A stretch of DNA of 64,000 bases from an uncultured Gemmatimonadales bacterium. Lineage in GTDB: Bacteria > Gemmatimonadota > Gemmatimonadetes > Gemmatimonadales > GWC2-71-9. The notes beneath the pieces are model-generated. The model worked only from the letters and a program-made list of their open reading frames with translations, made no database searches and was not told the origin of the DNA. Both the position numbers and the translations under genes were made by a program. Shown in pieces: positions 9,677 to 19,312 of the stretch. Where the stretch lies: the NCBI GenBank assembly GCA_963795085.1, contig CAWCFX010000001.1, forward strand, positions 480,001 through 544,000. Reading direction: 5' to 3'. Numbering within the stretch: position 1 is the first letter of the stretch; each line of letters opens with the position of its first letter.

Positions 9677-10626
9677 AGGAGGCGCTCCGCCGCGAGCGGC
9701 AGTACCTCGCCATCTTCCTCCCGCGCCTTCCGAAGCGCCACTTCCGCGACGAGTCCCAGCAGGAGGAGGAACCCGCCCAGCACGTAGCACAACATCATGG
9801 AAGCGGGGAGCACGAACGCGTCCGACACGCTCCCATGGTCCTGCAGCAGGCCGCCCACCGAGGCCACGCCGAACACGGTGCCCAGCAGGAATGCACCCAG
9901 TGCTCCCATTCCGAAGAGGACCAGCGGCTTCTCCCGGAACCAGGAGATCAGGGTGATGGTGAGCAGGTCGGCGAGAATCTTGAAGACCCGGGAGAGGCCG
10001 TACTTGCTCTGCCCGAACTGCCGGGCATGATGCCGCACGGGGATCTCGGTGATCCGGGCGCCCGCCATCGCCGCCGCCATGGCCGGGAGAAACCGGTGCA
10101 TGTCGGAGTAGAGCGGCATGCGGTCCAGGGTCCAGCGGCGGTAGGCCTTGAGCGAGCAGCCGTTGTCGCGGATGTCCACCCGGGTAATGAAGCGAATGAT
10201 CCGGTTGGCGATCCAACTGGGCACTTTGCGCTTGAGCAGGTTGTCCTGGCGGCGCACCCGGTATCCCGCCACCAGGTCGTATCCCTCTTCCAGTTTGGCC
10301 ACCAGCCGGGGAATGTCGGCGGGGTCGTTCTGCAGGTCCCCGTCCATGCTGACGATGACGTCTCCGCCGGCCAGGTCGAAGCCCGCCTGCATGGCCTGGG
10401 TCTGGCCGTAGTTCCGCGCCAGCCGGCCGAACCGGACATGGGGTTCGGTCGCCGCGATCCTCTCGGCGATCTCCGGCGTCTGGTCCCGGCTTCCGTCATC
10501 GACCAGGACCAATTCCCACTCCGGGACGTCGGCCATGGCCGCCCGCACCGCGTTTACCAGTGGGGTCACGTTGTCTTCCTCGTTGTAGAGGGGGACGACC
10601 ACGGAGACAAGAGGAGAAGCCCGCAT
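9673..10626 (-). CDS. GT2 glycosyltransferase (ArnC/DPM synthase-like)
   Basis: VSVVVPLYNEE, VDDGSRD, NYGQTQA, MDGDLQNDP, MHRFLP, GQSKYG; two C-terminal TM helices. Confidence 0.92.
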   Translation of the reverse strand: MRASPLVSVVVPLYNEEDNVTPLVNAVRAAMADVPEWELVLVDDGSRDQTPEIAERIAATEPHVRFGRLARNYGQTQAMQAGFDLAGGDVIVSMDGDLQNDPADIPRLVAKLEEGYDLVAGYRVRRQDNLLKRKVPSWIANRIIRFITRVDIRDNGCSLKAYRRWTLDRMPLYSDMHRFLPAMAAAMAGARITEIPVRHHARQFGQSKYGLSRVFKILADLLTITLISWFREKPLVLFGMGALGAFLLGTVFGVASVGGLLQDHGSVSDAFVLPASMMLCYVLGGFLLLLGLVAEVALRKAREEDGEVLPLAAERLL

Positions 10627-10827
10627 AGCGCACATCCTGGTATATGGCTGCATGCGGCGAGAGAGGTCAGCCGCCAACGTGCTTTACACTAGGCCGGGGG
10701 TCCGTTTCCCTCTGTGCGAAGGGTCACACCGGAATTGCGATCCATCTCCCCGAATTGCGCCGGTCTCCATCCCACATTGAAGGCGTCGCTGATTCCAGAC
10801 GATCCCATCCAAGGAGAAACGGGCCCT

Positions 10828-12333
10828 ATGCTCCGTAACCTGAGCCGCCTCGAGACCGATGCATTCGATCTCCTCGTCGTCGGCGGCGGGATTCACGGCG
10901 CCGCGGTGGCGTGGGACGCCAGCCTGCGCGGGCTCCGGGTGGCGCTGGTGGAACAGCGGGACTTCGGATCGGGAACCACGGCCAACAGCCTCCGGATCGC
11001 GCATGGCGGCCTCCGCGCGATGCAACGGCTGCTGGTGGGCCGCGTCCGCCGGTCGGCGCAGGAGCAGGCCATTCTCCTTCGGCTGGCTCCCAGCCTGGTG
11101 CGGCCGTTGCCGTGCCTGGTGCCGATCTACCGGGACCGCGGCCCGTCGCCGGCGGCCTATCGCGCCGCGTTTGCGGGCTACCGGATGCTGACCGCCGATA
11201 TCCACCGGCGCTTCCGCGTTTCCCTGCCTGATTCCCGGGTGATATCGCGGAACGAAGCGCTCACCTGTTTCGAAGGCCTCGAGTCCGAGGCCTTGGCAGG
11301 CGGGGCTCTGTGGTATGACGCCCAGGTGCCCGCCATCGAACGGCTGGTGCTCGGGTTCGTCGCATCGGCCGCGGAGCAGGGGGCCGCGACGGCCAACTAC
11401 GTCCGGGCCCGCCGGCTGCTCCTGGAGCAGGGAAACGTCGTTGGGGCGGAAGTAACGGATCAACGCACAGGCGCCAACTGGAGAATCCGGGCCCGGTGCG
11501 TCGTCAACGCGGCCGGGCCCTGGGTTGCCGAACTGGCCGAAAGCCGGACCGGCGAGGCAGCGGGGATTCCCCGCCACTGGGCCCAGGGAGTCAACCTGGT
11601 GATCAACCGGCCGCCGCCTCCCGTCGCCATCGGGATTCGTTCCCCGTGGGGCCGGGATCGGGACCCGGTCATGGGCGGCCACCGATACCTGTTCATGGCG
11701 GGGTGGAATGGAACGACGCTGGCGGGCACCTCTTATCGATTCGCGGCCGGGAACGGACCGTCGCTGTCCCGGCAGGTCAGGGAACTGGTCGAGGAATGGA
11801 ACGAGGCCAGCCCTGGTCTCAAGCTCGGCCTCGACGAAGTGAGCCATCCGCATTGCGGCCGTCTTCCGCTCCGGGACGGCATGGAGCCGGGCCGCCCGAC
11901 CGCGCTGATGGACCACGGGACGGTGGTGGAGCATGGCCGACAGGGACTGCGCGGGTTGGTGACGGTCATCGGGACCAAGTTCACTACCGCTCGCCACCTC
12001 GCGGCCACTACGGTGAGTGCGGTGCAGCGGCTGCTGGGGTTGCCGGTGACGGATTCGCCGACCGACCTCGTCCCGCTCACGATCGGCGCTCCGCCGGACG
12101 GCCTGGACGGGAAGATCCGCTACGCGATTCGTGAGGAGATGGCTCAGACCCTGGAGGACATCGTGATGCGACGGCTCGAGTCCGCGCCGACCCGCTGCCC
12201 GCCGGTCAGCCAGCTGGGCCGGGTGGCCGATATTGCCGGGGCCGAACTGGGCTGGACTGAACACCAGACCAACGAAGAAATCCACCAGGTGCTGGGGCGT
12301 TTCCTGCCCGGCGGAGTGACGCGCGCCGCATGA
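10828..12333 (+). CDS. FAD-dependent glycerol-3-phosphate dehydrogenase/oxidase-like oxidoreductase
   Basis: DLLVVGGGIHGA, EQRDFGSGTT, IAHGGLR, VVNAAGPW, KFTTAR, EMAQTLEDIVMRR; AAGGAG RBS. Confidence 0.85.
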   Translation: MLRNLSRLETDAFDLLVVGGGIHGAAVAWDASLRGLRVALVEQRDFGSGTTANSLRIAHGGLRAMQRLLVGRVRRSAQEQAILLRLAPSLVRPLPCLVPIYRDRGPSPAAYRAAFAGYRMLTADIHRRFRVSLPDSRVISRNEALTCFEGLESEALAGGALWYDAQVPAIERLVLGFVASAAEQGAATANYVRARRLLLEQGNVVGAEVTDQRTGANWRIRARCVVNAAGPWVAELAESRTGEAAGIPRHWAQGVNLVINRPPPPVAIGIRSPWGRDRDPVMGGHRYLFMAGWNGTTLAGTSYRFAAGNGPSLSRQVRELVEEWNEASPGLKLGLDEVSHPHCGRLPLRDGMEPGRPTALMDHGTVVEHGRQGLRGLVTVIGTKFTTARHLAATTVSAVQRLLGLPVTDSPTDLVPLTIGAPPDGLDGKIRYAIREEMAQTLEDIVMRRLESAPTRCPPVSQLGRVADIAGAELGWTEHQTNEEIHQVLGRFLPGGVTRAA

Positions 12334-13511
12334 GAATACTCGTCCTTGCTCCCCACCCGTTCTTTCAGCCCCGGGGCACGCCCATCGCCGTCCGGGAACT
12401 TCTCTATTTCCTGAGCGCCGAGGGCCACCACGTCGACGTGCTGACGTACCACGAAGGCGAGGACGTGGTCATCCCCAATTGCCGGATTATCAGGATCCCG
12501 CGCGTGCCCTTCGTGCGGGGGGTGCGTCCCGGCTTTTCGCTCAAGAAGCTGGCCTGTGACGCGGTAATGTTTCGGGCACTTCCCCGTCTGATGCGGGAGA
12601 CCCGGTACGACCTCGTGCATGCCGTGGAAGAATCGGTCTTCATGGCGGCCGCAATGCGGCGACTCTTCGGGGTTCCGTATGTGTACGACATGGACTCCGC
12701 CCTGAGCGACCAGATGGTGGAAAAACACGGCGCGCTGGCGCCGATCCGGCGCTGGATGCAGCGGGTCGAGGAGGGGGCGGTCCGGGCGAGCCTCGGCGTA
12801 CTGGCGGTCTGTCCCGCCCTGGTCGATAAAGCCCGCCGCTATGACGGCGACAAGCTGGTGGCCTGCGTGGAGGATTCCAGCCTGCTTGGTCCGGTCCCCA
12901 GTGAGGTGGAGCGCATCCGGCCCGACTTCGGGCCCCGATATCCCCTTTTTCTTTATGTAGGGAACCTGGAGCGCTACCAGGGCGTGGACCTGCTGCTGGA
13001 GAGCTTCGCGGAGGCGCTGGGTGAGATTCCAGCGGCCCGGCTGGCGATCATCGGCGGGCTGCCCTCGGACCTTGCCCATTATCGCCGCCGGGCGGAGGAC
13101 CTGGGTCTTCGCGACAAGGTCTATTTCATGGGGCCCCGGCCCATCAGCCAGTTGGCCGGGTACCTGAGCCAGGCTGATGTGCTGGTCTCACCCCGGCTCC
13201 TGGGCAACAATACGCCGATGAAAGTTTACAGCTACCTCGATTCGGGTGTGCCTATCCTGGCCACCCGGCTGCCGACCCACACCCAGGTGCTCGATGAGAC
13301 CATTGCCTGCCTGGCCGAGGCGGAGCCGTTCGCTTTCGGCCGGGCAATGGCGCAGCTCGCGATGGACCGCCCCCGCCGTGAGGCGCTGGCCCGGCGGGCC
13401 CGGCAACGGGTACAGCGGGATTTCACGCCGGAAGCCACCCGCCGGAAACTGCGCGAATTCTACGGCCGGATCAGTTCCGAGGTGACGCTGACCGAGGCGG
13501 TCGCGTCATGA
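12330..13511 (+). CDS. GT4 glycosyltransferase
   Basis: GT-B fold: YVGNLERYQGVDLL, ADVLVSPR, NTPMKVYSYLDSG; ATGA coupling. Confidence 0.88.
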   Translation: MRILVLAPHPFFQPRGTPIAVRELLYFLSAEGHHVDVLTYHEGEDVVIPNCRIIRIPRVPFVRGVRPGFSLKKLACDAVMFRALPRLMRETRYDLVHAVEESVFMAAAMRRLFGVPYVYDMDSALSDQMVEKHGALAPIRRWMQRVEEGAVRASLGVLAVCPALVDKARRYDGDKLVACVEDSSLLGPVPSEVERIRPDFGPRYPLFLYVGNLERYQGVDLLLESFAEALGEIPAARLAIIGGLPSDLAHYRRRAEDLGLRDKVYFMGPRPISQLAGYLSQADVLVSPRLLGNNTPMKVYSYLDSGVPILATRLPTHTQVLDETIACLAEAEPFAFGRAMAQLAMDRPRREALARRARQRVQRDFTPEATRRKLREFYGRISSEVTLTEAVAS

Positions 13512-14368
13512 GCCAGGTCGAACAGGCGCTCGCCCTCTTCAGGAAGTCGGTCCTCAAGCAGGCCAAGTTCGAGCAGATCTCGGAACTGATGGACGATCCG
13601 GGCGGCAGGGCGAACCTGGACCTGGGAGGGGACAATGGCGTGCTCAGCCTGCTGCTCCGTCAGAAGGGCGGGACCTGGAGCAGCGGCGACCTCGACGAGC
13701 AGACGGTCCGCGCCATCCAGTCGCTGGTGGGCGACCGGGTGTACCGGCTGGACGGGAAGACGCTACCGTTTCCGGATAACTCCCTGGACCAGATCGTCGT
13801 CATCGACTACCTGGAGCATGTCCGGGAGGACCGGGCCACGGTCCGGGAGTTCCGCCGGGTGCTCCGGCCCGGGGGCACCCTGGTCATCAACGTGCCGCAT
13901 CCCAAACCGGGGAGCCTGCTCACCCGGATCCGGGACGCCATCGGGCTGACCGACGCCTGGCACGGCCATGTCCGGCCGGGTTACACCGAGCGCGACCTGG
14001 CGGCCCTGCTCGCCCCCGCGTTCAAGATGGAGAAGTCCCGGACCTATTCCCGCTCCTTCTCCGAGGGAATTGATACGGCCCTCAACGGAATGTACGAGCG
14101 GATCCGCGGCAGGCGGCGGGCCGTGACCCGGAAAGGCACGGTGATTACCGGCCATGAAATGAACCAGCACCGGGGAGCCTTCCGGCTGATGGCCATGATC
14201 CATCCAGTCCTCTGGCTGATCTCCCGCCTCGACCACCTGCTGGTCGGGCAGGTCGGCTACAAGCTGGTCGTGCGGGCCCGGCTGGTGGACAAGCCCGCCG
14301 AGAACAGCCGCCGCCACTCCCGTCTCGAGCAGGTTCGGGATATCGCGCCCGCCGCTATCGCGGGGTGA
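13508..14368 (+). CDS. Class I SAM-dependent methyltransferase
   Basis: LDLGGDNG, LPFPDNSLD, YLEHV, RVLRPGG. Confidence 0.88.
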   Translation: MSQVEQALALFRKSVLKQAKFEQISELMDDPGGRANLDLGGDNGVLSLLLRQKGGTWSSGDLDEQTVRAIQSLVGDRVYRLDGKTLPFPDNSLDQIVVIDYLEHVREDRATVREFRRVLRPGGTLVINVPHPKPGSLLTRIRDAIGLTDAWHGHVRPGYTERDLAALLAPAFKMEKSRTYSRSFSEGIDTALNGMYERIRGRRRAVTRKGTVITGHEMNQHRGAFRLMAMIHPVLWLISRLDHLLVGQVGYKLVVRARLVDKPAENSRRHSRLEQVRDIAPAAIAG

Positions 14369-14474
14369 CCACCGTCACTTTCCATGGCCTGCCATCATCC
14401 GCAAGTTGCACCGTCTCTGCACCGGCGCCGAATCGCCGTGTCGTATTGTTTCCCGGGGAAGCGTAATTGCACGC

Positions 14475-15527
14475 ATGACTCAGCCTTTGCCGCTCCTTGG
14501 GGGCACCATTCTCGTAACCGGCGGCACCGGCTTCACCGGGTCGCACCTTGTGGCCTCGCTGGCCCGTGATTTCAGCCGGGTCCGGGTGCTCACCCGGTCG
14601 GCGGCCCGCGCCACCGGCACCTTGCCGAACGGGGTGGAGGTCATCGAGGGAGACATCACCGACCCCTCGGTGGTGGACCGGGCGGTCGAGGGATGCGAGG
14701 TAGTTTTCAACCTGGCGGCGGCATTCCGGGAACCCAAGATCACGCCGGAGCGATATACCGCCGTGCACGTGGAAGGCACCCGGCATCTGCTCGATGCCTC
14801 GATCCGCCACGGGGTCCGCCGGTTTGTCCATTGCAGCACCGTTGGCGTCCTGAGCCACATCGATAACCCGCCGGCAGACGAAACCTGGGACTACGCACCC
14901 GGTGATATCTACCAGTCCACCAAGGCGGAGGGCGAACGGCTGGCGCTGGCCTACGCGCGGGAGAAGGGCGCCCCCGTCGTCGTCGCGCGCCCGACGCCCA
15001 TCTACGGTCCCGGTGACCTTCGGCTGCTCAAGCTTTTCCGGATGATCTCCAAGCGCCGCTTCGTAATGCTGGGGGACGGCGAGGTGTACTTCCACCTGGT
15101 CCACGTGGAGGATCTGGTGCGGGGCCTGCGGCTGCTGGCAGCCCACCCTGCTGCGGTGGGAGAGATCTATACGCTGGGAGGCTCCGAGTACCGAACTCTG
15201 AACGAAGTGGTCCGCCTGATCGCGGATTCGCTGGGTGTGGCGCGGCCGCGGCTGCACCTCCCCGCCAAACCGTTCCAGGTGCTGGGTACCGCCTGCGAGA
15301 GGGTCTGCATACCGCTGGGCATTTCGCCCCCGATCTACCGGCGGCGGGTGGACTTCTTCACCAAGAGCCGGGCGTTCTCGATTGCCAAGGCCCGGTCACT
15401 GGGCTACCAACCTTCGATTGACCTGCCGAGCGGGATCAGGGAGACGATTGACTGGTATCGGCAGAACGGGTTGCTTCCACCCGCATCCCAGCCGCGATCG
15501 GCCGCGCAGCTGGTGGGTGGCCATTGA
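14475..15527 (+). CDS. NAD-dependent epimerase/dehydratase (extended SDR)
   Basis: TGGTGFTG, CSTVGV, YQSTK, IYGPGD. Confidence 0.9.
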   Translation: MTQPLPLLGGTILVTGGTGFTGSHLVASLARDFSRVRVLTRSAARATGTLPNGVEVIEGDITDPSVVDRAVEGCEVVFNLAAAFREPKITPERYTAVHVEGTRHLLDASIRHGVRRFVHCSTVGVLSHIDNPPADETWDYAPGDIYQSTKAEGERLALAYAREKGAPVVVARPTPIYGPGDLRLLKLFRMISKRRFVMLGDGEVYFHLVHVEDLVRGLRLLAAHPAAVGEIYTLGGSEYRTLNEVVRLIADSLGVARPRLHLPAKPFQVLGTACERVCIPLGISPPIYRRRVDFFTKSRAFSIAKARSLGYQPSIDLPSGIRETIDWYRQNGLLPPASQPRSAAQLVGGH

Positions 15528-16524
15528 CCACCGACCGCCGCGCCAGGTATCCCTGATCTTCATACCAGGCGATGGTCCGTTCCACCCCGCTATCCAGGTT
15601 CACCCGGGGCGCGTAACCGAGAATTCGTCTTGCCTTGGCGATGCTGAAGGCGCGGTTGTTCCGGAAAAAGCTCATTCGCCGACGGTAGAGCGGCGGCTCC
15701 CAGCCAAAGGGCCGACACGCCAGTTCACAGACGTGGGCGAGTGCTTCCAGTGGGGCGAGCGGCAGCCGGAGGCCAGGCGAGGGCACCTGCAAATGGCGCG
15801 CGATGGTATCCACCAGGTCGCGCAGCGGGAGATACCGGTCCGATCCGATGATGAACGTCTCGCCGCCGGCGGCCGGGTGGGTGACTCCCAGCAGAAACCC
15901 CCGGGCCACATCGTCCACGTAGGCGGGATGGAAGCAGGCATTGCCGCTCCCCAGCATGATGAACCGCCGCCGCCGGATCATCTGGAACAGCTTCAGCATT
16001 CGCAGGTCGCCGGGGCCATAGATCGAGGCCGGGCGGATGATGCAGACCGGGAGACCGTGATCGCGTTCGAACTCACGGGCCCGGCGCTCGGCGAGAGCCT
16101 TGGTTTCCTGGTAAACATCTCCCGGGTTGAGCGGCGAATCTTCGTCGGCCGGCGCATCGGTGACATCGCCGTGGACGCCGATCGTACTGCACAGGGCGAT
16201 CCGCGACACCCCGGCCCGCGCCGCGGCCTGGAGGATATTGTCGGTGCCGCCCACATTGATGGCGTGGGCCTCGTGATCGGTCCGCGCTTCCCTGAAGTTG
16301 GAGACCGTGTGGACCACGATGTCCACGCCAGCCACCGCCCGCTCGACCGCCTCCCGGTCGCGGATGTCGCCCCAGGCGATGTGATGGCCGGCCGGATGGG
16401 CGTAGCCGGACGCCCGGCTGCCCTGCCGGTTGAAGATCCGCACGTCGATCCCCGCCCCGGCCAGCTCCCGAACTACGGCCGAGCCGAGGAACCCGAGCCC
16501 GCCGGACACCAGGGCCCGGGTCAT
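15436..16524 (-). CDS. NAD-dependent epimerase/dehydratase, paralog of the convergent gene
   Basis: SGGLGFLG, CSTIGVHG, YQETK, IYGPGDLRMLKLF; ATGA coupling to upstream GT4. Confidence 0.9.
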   Translation of the reverse strand: MTRALVSGGLGFLGSAVVRELAGAGIDVRIFNRQGSRASGYAHPAGHHIAWGDIRDREAVERAVAGVDIVVHTVSNFREARTDHEAHAINVGGTDNILQAAARAGVSRIALCSTIGVHGDVTDAPADEDSPLNPGDVYQETKALAERRAREFERDHGLPVCIIRPASIYGPGDLRMLKLFQMIRRRRFIMLGSGNACFHPAYVDDVARGFLLGVTHPAAGGETFIIGSDRYLPLRDLVDTIARHLQVPSPGLRLPLAPLEALAHVCELACRPFGWEPPLYRRRMSFFRNNRAFSIAKARRILGYAPRVNLDSGVERTIAWYEDQGYLARRSVVNGHPPAARPIAAGMRVEATRSADTSQSSP

Positions 16525-17681
16525 TGGCAAACACTCCGGAGCACCGCGTCGGTTACCTCCGCCCTCCGGTCCCAGGAGTGTTCCTCCCGGACGGCCCGGG
16601 CGCCGCGGTCGCCCCATGCCTGCCGCTGCTCTTCATGGGCGGCGACGCGGGCGACCCCGCGAGCCAGCTCGGCCGGGTCGTCCTGGCTCACGATGATGCC
16701 GCAACCGTGCTGCCGGACCACATCGGCCTGGCCGTGGTAGTCCGTTACGATAGCCGGCACACCGCAGGCGAGGGTTTCGTACAACTTGAGCGGAGACATG
16801 CCGGTCTCGGTCCGTCCCGGCACCGCGGTCTTGAGCGAGAGCCCGGCGAGGCTCCCCGCGACCAGCCCGGGTACATCGTGATAGGGCACGACGCCGAGGT
16901 AGAGTATCCGGGCATCGGTCCGCGCGGCGGCCTCGACCCGGTGTCGCTCATCGCCATCGCCGGCGACCACCACCGCCACATCGGCGGGCCACTCCGGTTG
17001 GCGAAGCGCGGCGAGCAGCAACTGCACACCCTGCCACCGGGCCAGCAATCCCACCAGGATCACGTAGCGGGGTGGTGTGCTCATCGTGGTCGGTGCCCCA
17101 GGATGGAAAAGGTCAATGTTCGCGCCGTTGGGGATGATGGTGATCTGCCGGCCGGGCGCCTCCCGCCGGAGCCATTCCGCCAGGCGGGGGGTGACCGCGA
17201 TCAGTGCCGAGCTGCGCCGGTACTGCACCCGCTGGAGGGCACGCAGAATCGGTGCCAGCGGACGCAGCCACGGCTTGGCCACCAGGCGGTCGCTGTGGGG
17301 TCCGTTCACCTCCTGCACCACCGGGATTTTCCGGAGCCTGGCCCAGAGGAAGGCGGGGAGGGCGAGGGCATCGGCACGGATGTACATTGCGTCGGCGCGG
17401 GGTACTCGGCCCAGCCAGAGGGCGATCTGGGGTTTGAGATAATGCCAGAGGAAATAGAGCCGGCTCCGCGGACGCGACCGGTCGGCCTGGATTTCCCGCA
17501 GGTCCACCACCCAGCCCCGACGTTCCAGCCCCCGGATGATCTCGTGCACGTGGGCATGGCTGGCCTGGCCCTGGACCGTCTGTTGCAGGCACACATACAC
17601 CAGCGTCTTCCGGTCGCGGGGTGCGCCGGGCACGGGAGATCCGCTCCGGGCGGGGGCGGCTGGGGGCTGGGTGACGCTCAT
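16521..17681 (-). CDS. GT4 glycosyltransferase
   Basis: IPNGANIDLF, GLLARWQGV, SPLKLYETLACGVP. Confidence 0.88.
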   Translation of the reverse strand: MSVTQPPAAPARSGSPVPGAPRDRKTLVYVCLQQTVQGQASHAHVHEIIRGLERRGWVVDLREIQADRSRPRSRLYFLWHYLKPQIALWLGRVPRADAMYIRADALALPAFLWARLRKIPVVQEVNGPHSDRLVAKPWLRPLAPILRALQRVQYRRSSALIAVTPRLAEWLRREAPGRQITIIPNGANIDLFHPGAPTTMSTPPRYVILVGLLARWQGVQLLLAALRQPEWPADVAVVVAGDGDERHRVEAAARTDARILYLGVVPYHDVPGLVAGSLAGLSLKTAVPGRTETGMSPLKLYETLACGVPAIVTDYHGQADVVRQHGCGIIVSQDDPAELARGVARVAAHEEQRQAWGDRGARAVREEHSWDRRAEVTDAVLRSVCQ

Positions 17682-17791
17682 GGCTGTTTTTCCGGAGACG
17701 AGATGTCCGCACCAATGTGGCACTGCCGCCCCCTCGGGCTGAGTGACCCATCGCACATCCGGGTGCTCCGGAAGAGCGCATGGTTGCTTTG

Positions 17792-19312
17792 ATGGAAACC
17801 ACGCCGCCGCCGGACCGGGACCGGCTCTTCCGAACCGACCACCTGACTCGCAACCTCGCCGCTCGTTCGGTGCGGGGCGGGGCAGTCACGCTGCTGGCCC
17901 AGGGTCTCCGGCTGGCGATCCAGATCGGATCGACCATGGTGCTGGCCCGGCTCCTGGTGCCTGGTGATTTTGGTCTCATCGGGATGGCGATGGCCATCAC
18001 CGGTTTCATTGCGCTCTTCCGGGACCTGGGGCTGTCGCAAGCCACCGTGCAGCGGGACTCCATCTCGCATGCCGATGTCAACGCGCTGTTCTGGGTCAAC
18101 GTTGGGGTGAGCGTGGTGCTGACACTGCTGGCTGTTGCACTGGCGCCCCTGCTGGGTTGGTTCTACGGCGACAGCAGGGTTACCGGGATCACCATGGCGC
18201 TCGGTGTGGGATTCCTCTTCGGTGGTGTGGCGGTGCAGCACCAGGCGCTGATCGACCGGCAGATGCGGTTCACGTCGCGGGGCGCGGTGGACGTGGGCTC
18301 GCTCGCCGCCGGCGCCGTCGCCGGTATCGCGGCGGCGCTGCTGGGGGCGGGGTACTGGGCGCTGGTGGTGCAGACGCTGGTGATGACGCTCGCGTCCTCC
18401 ATCGGGTACTGGGGGCTCTCCCGGTGGCGGCCCGGCCGGCCGGCCTGGTCTCCGGAGGCCAGGTCCCTGCTGCACTTCGGCGGAAACCTTACCGGCTTCC
18501 AGGTGGTGAACTACCTTGGCCGCAACCTGGACAATCTGCTGATCGGGCGGTTCTGGGGGGCCGGGCCGCTGGGACTGTACACCCGCGCCTATCAGCTCCT
18601 GATGCTTCCCATTCGGCAGGTCAATGGGCCGCTCGCCGCGGTCGGCTTGCCCGCCCTGGGCCGCCTGCGGCATCAGCCGGAGCGGTATCGCGGCGTTTAT
18701 CTCCGGGTGCTGGAGAAGATCTCGCTGCTCACCATGCCGGGGGTGGCGCTCCTGATCGCCACTTCCGACTGGGTGATCCGCCTGGTCCTGGGACCTGGCT
18801 GGGAAGGCGCCGCCGCCATCTTTACCTGGCTCGGGGTCGCCGCGCTGGTTCAGCCGGCGGCGAACACCACCGGCTGGCTGTTCATTTCCCAGGAACGGGG
18901 CCGCGACATGTTCCGGTGGGGCCTGATGGGCACGGCCATCTCGGTCGCTGCCATCGTCGCGGGCCTGCCGTGGGGCGCCGTCGGAGTCGCGGCGGCCTAT
19001 GCCATCAGCGATATCCTCCTCAAGACGCCGCTGCTCTTCTGGTGGGTGGGCCGGAGCGGGCCGGTGACGGCCGGTGATCTCTACCGGTCGCTGGCGACGC
19101 CGGGCCTCGCCGCGCTGGCCACCCTGGGCAGCATCGTCGTGCTTCGCACCTACACCACCATCGCGAATCCGGCCGCCGGGCTGGGTCTCTCCCTGCTCGC
19201 CGGGATCGGGGCCAGTCTCGTCGTTCTGTGGCTCACTCCGGGAGGCCGGGCCGCGCTCCGCGACATGCGCCACTTCGGCAGCCTGCTCGGCGCTCGCCGA
19301 ATAGAAGCATGA
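17792..19312 (+). CDS. Wzx-type (PST family) polysaccharide flippase
   Basis: LARLLVPGDFGLIG, DLGLSQA, DNLLIGRF, LGLYTRAY; many TM helices. Confidence 0.9.
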   Translation: METTPPPDRDRLFRTDHLTRNLAARSVRGGAVTLLAQGLRLAIQIGSTMVLARLLVPGDFGLIGMAMAITGFIALFRDLGLSQATVQRDSISHADVNALFWVNVGVSVVLTLLAVALAPLLGWFYGDSRVTGITMALGVGFLFGGVAVQHQALIDRQMRFTSRGAVDVGSLAAGAVAGIAAALLGAGYWALVVQTLVMTLASSIGYWGLSRWRPGRPAWSPEARSLLHFGGNLTGFQVVNYLGRNLDNLLIGRFWGAGPLGLYTRAYQLLMLPIRQVNGPLAAVGLPALGRLRHQPERYRGVYLRVLEKISLLTMPGVALLIATSDWVIRLVLGPGWEGAAAIFTWLGVAALVQPAANTTGWLFISQERGRDMFRWGLMGTAISVAAIVAGLPWGAVGVAAAYAISDILLKTPLLFWWVGRSGPVTAGDLYRSLATPGLAALATLGSIVVLRTYTTIANPAAGLGLSLLAGIGASLVVLWLTPGGRAALRDMRHFGSLLGARRIEA

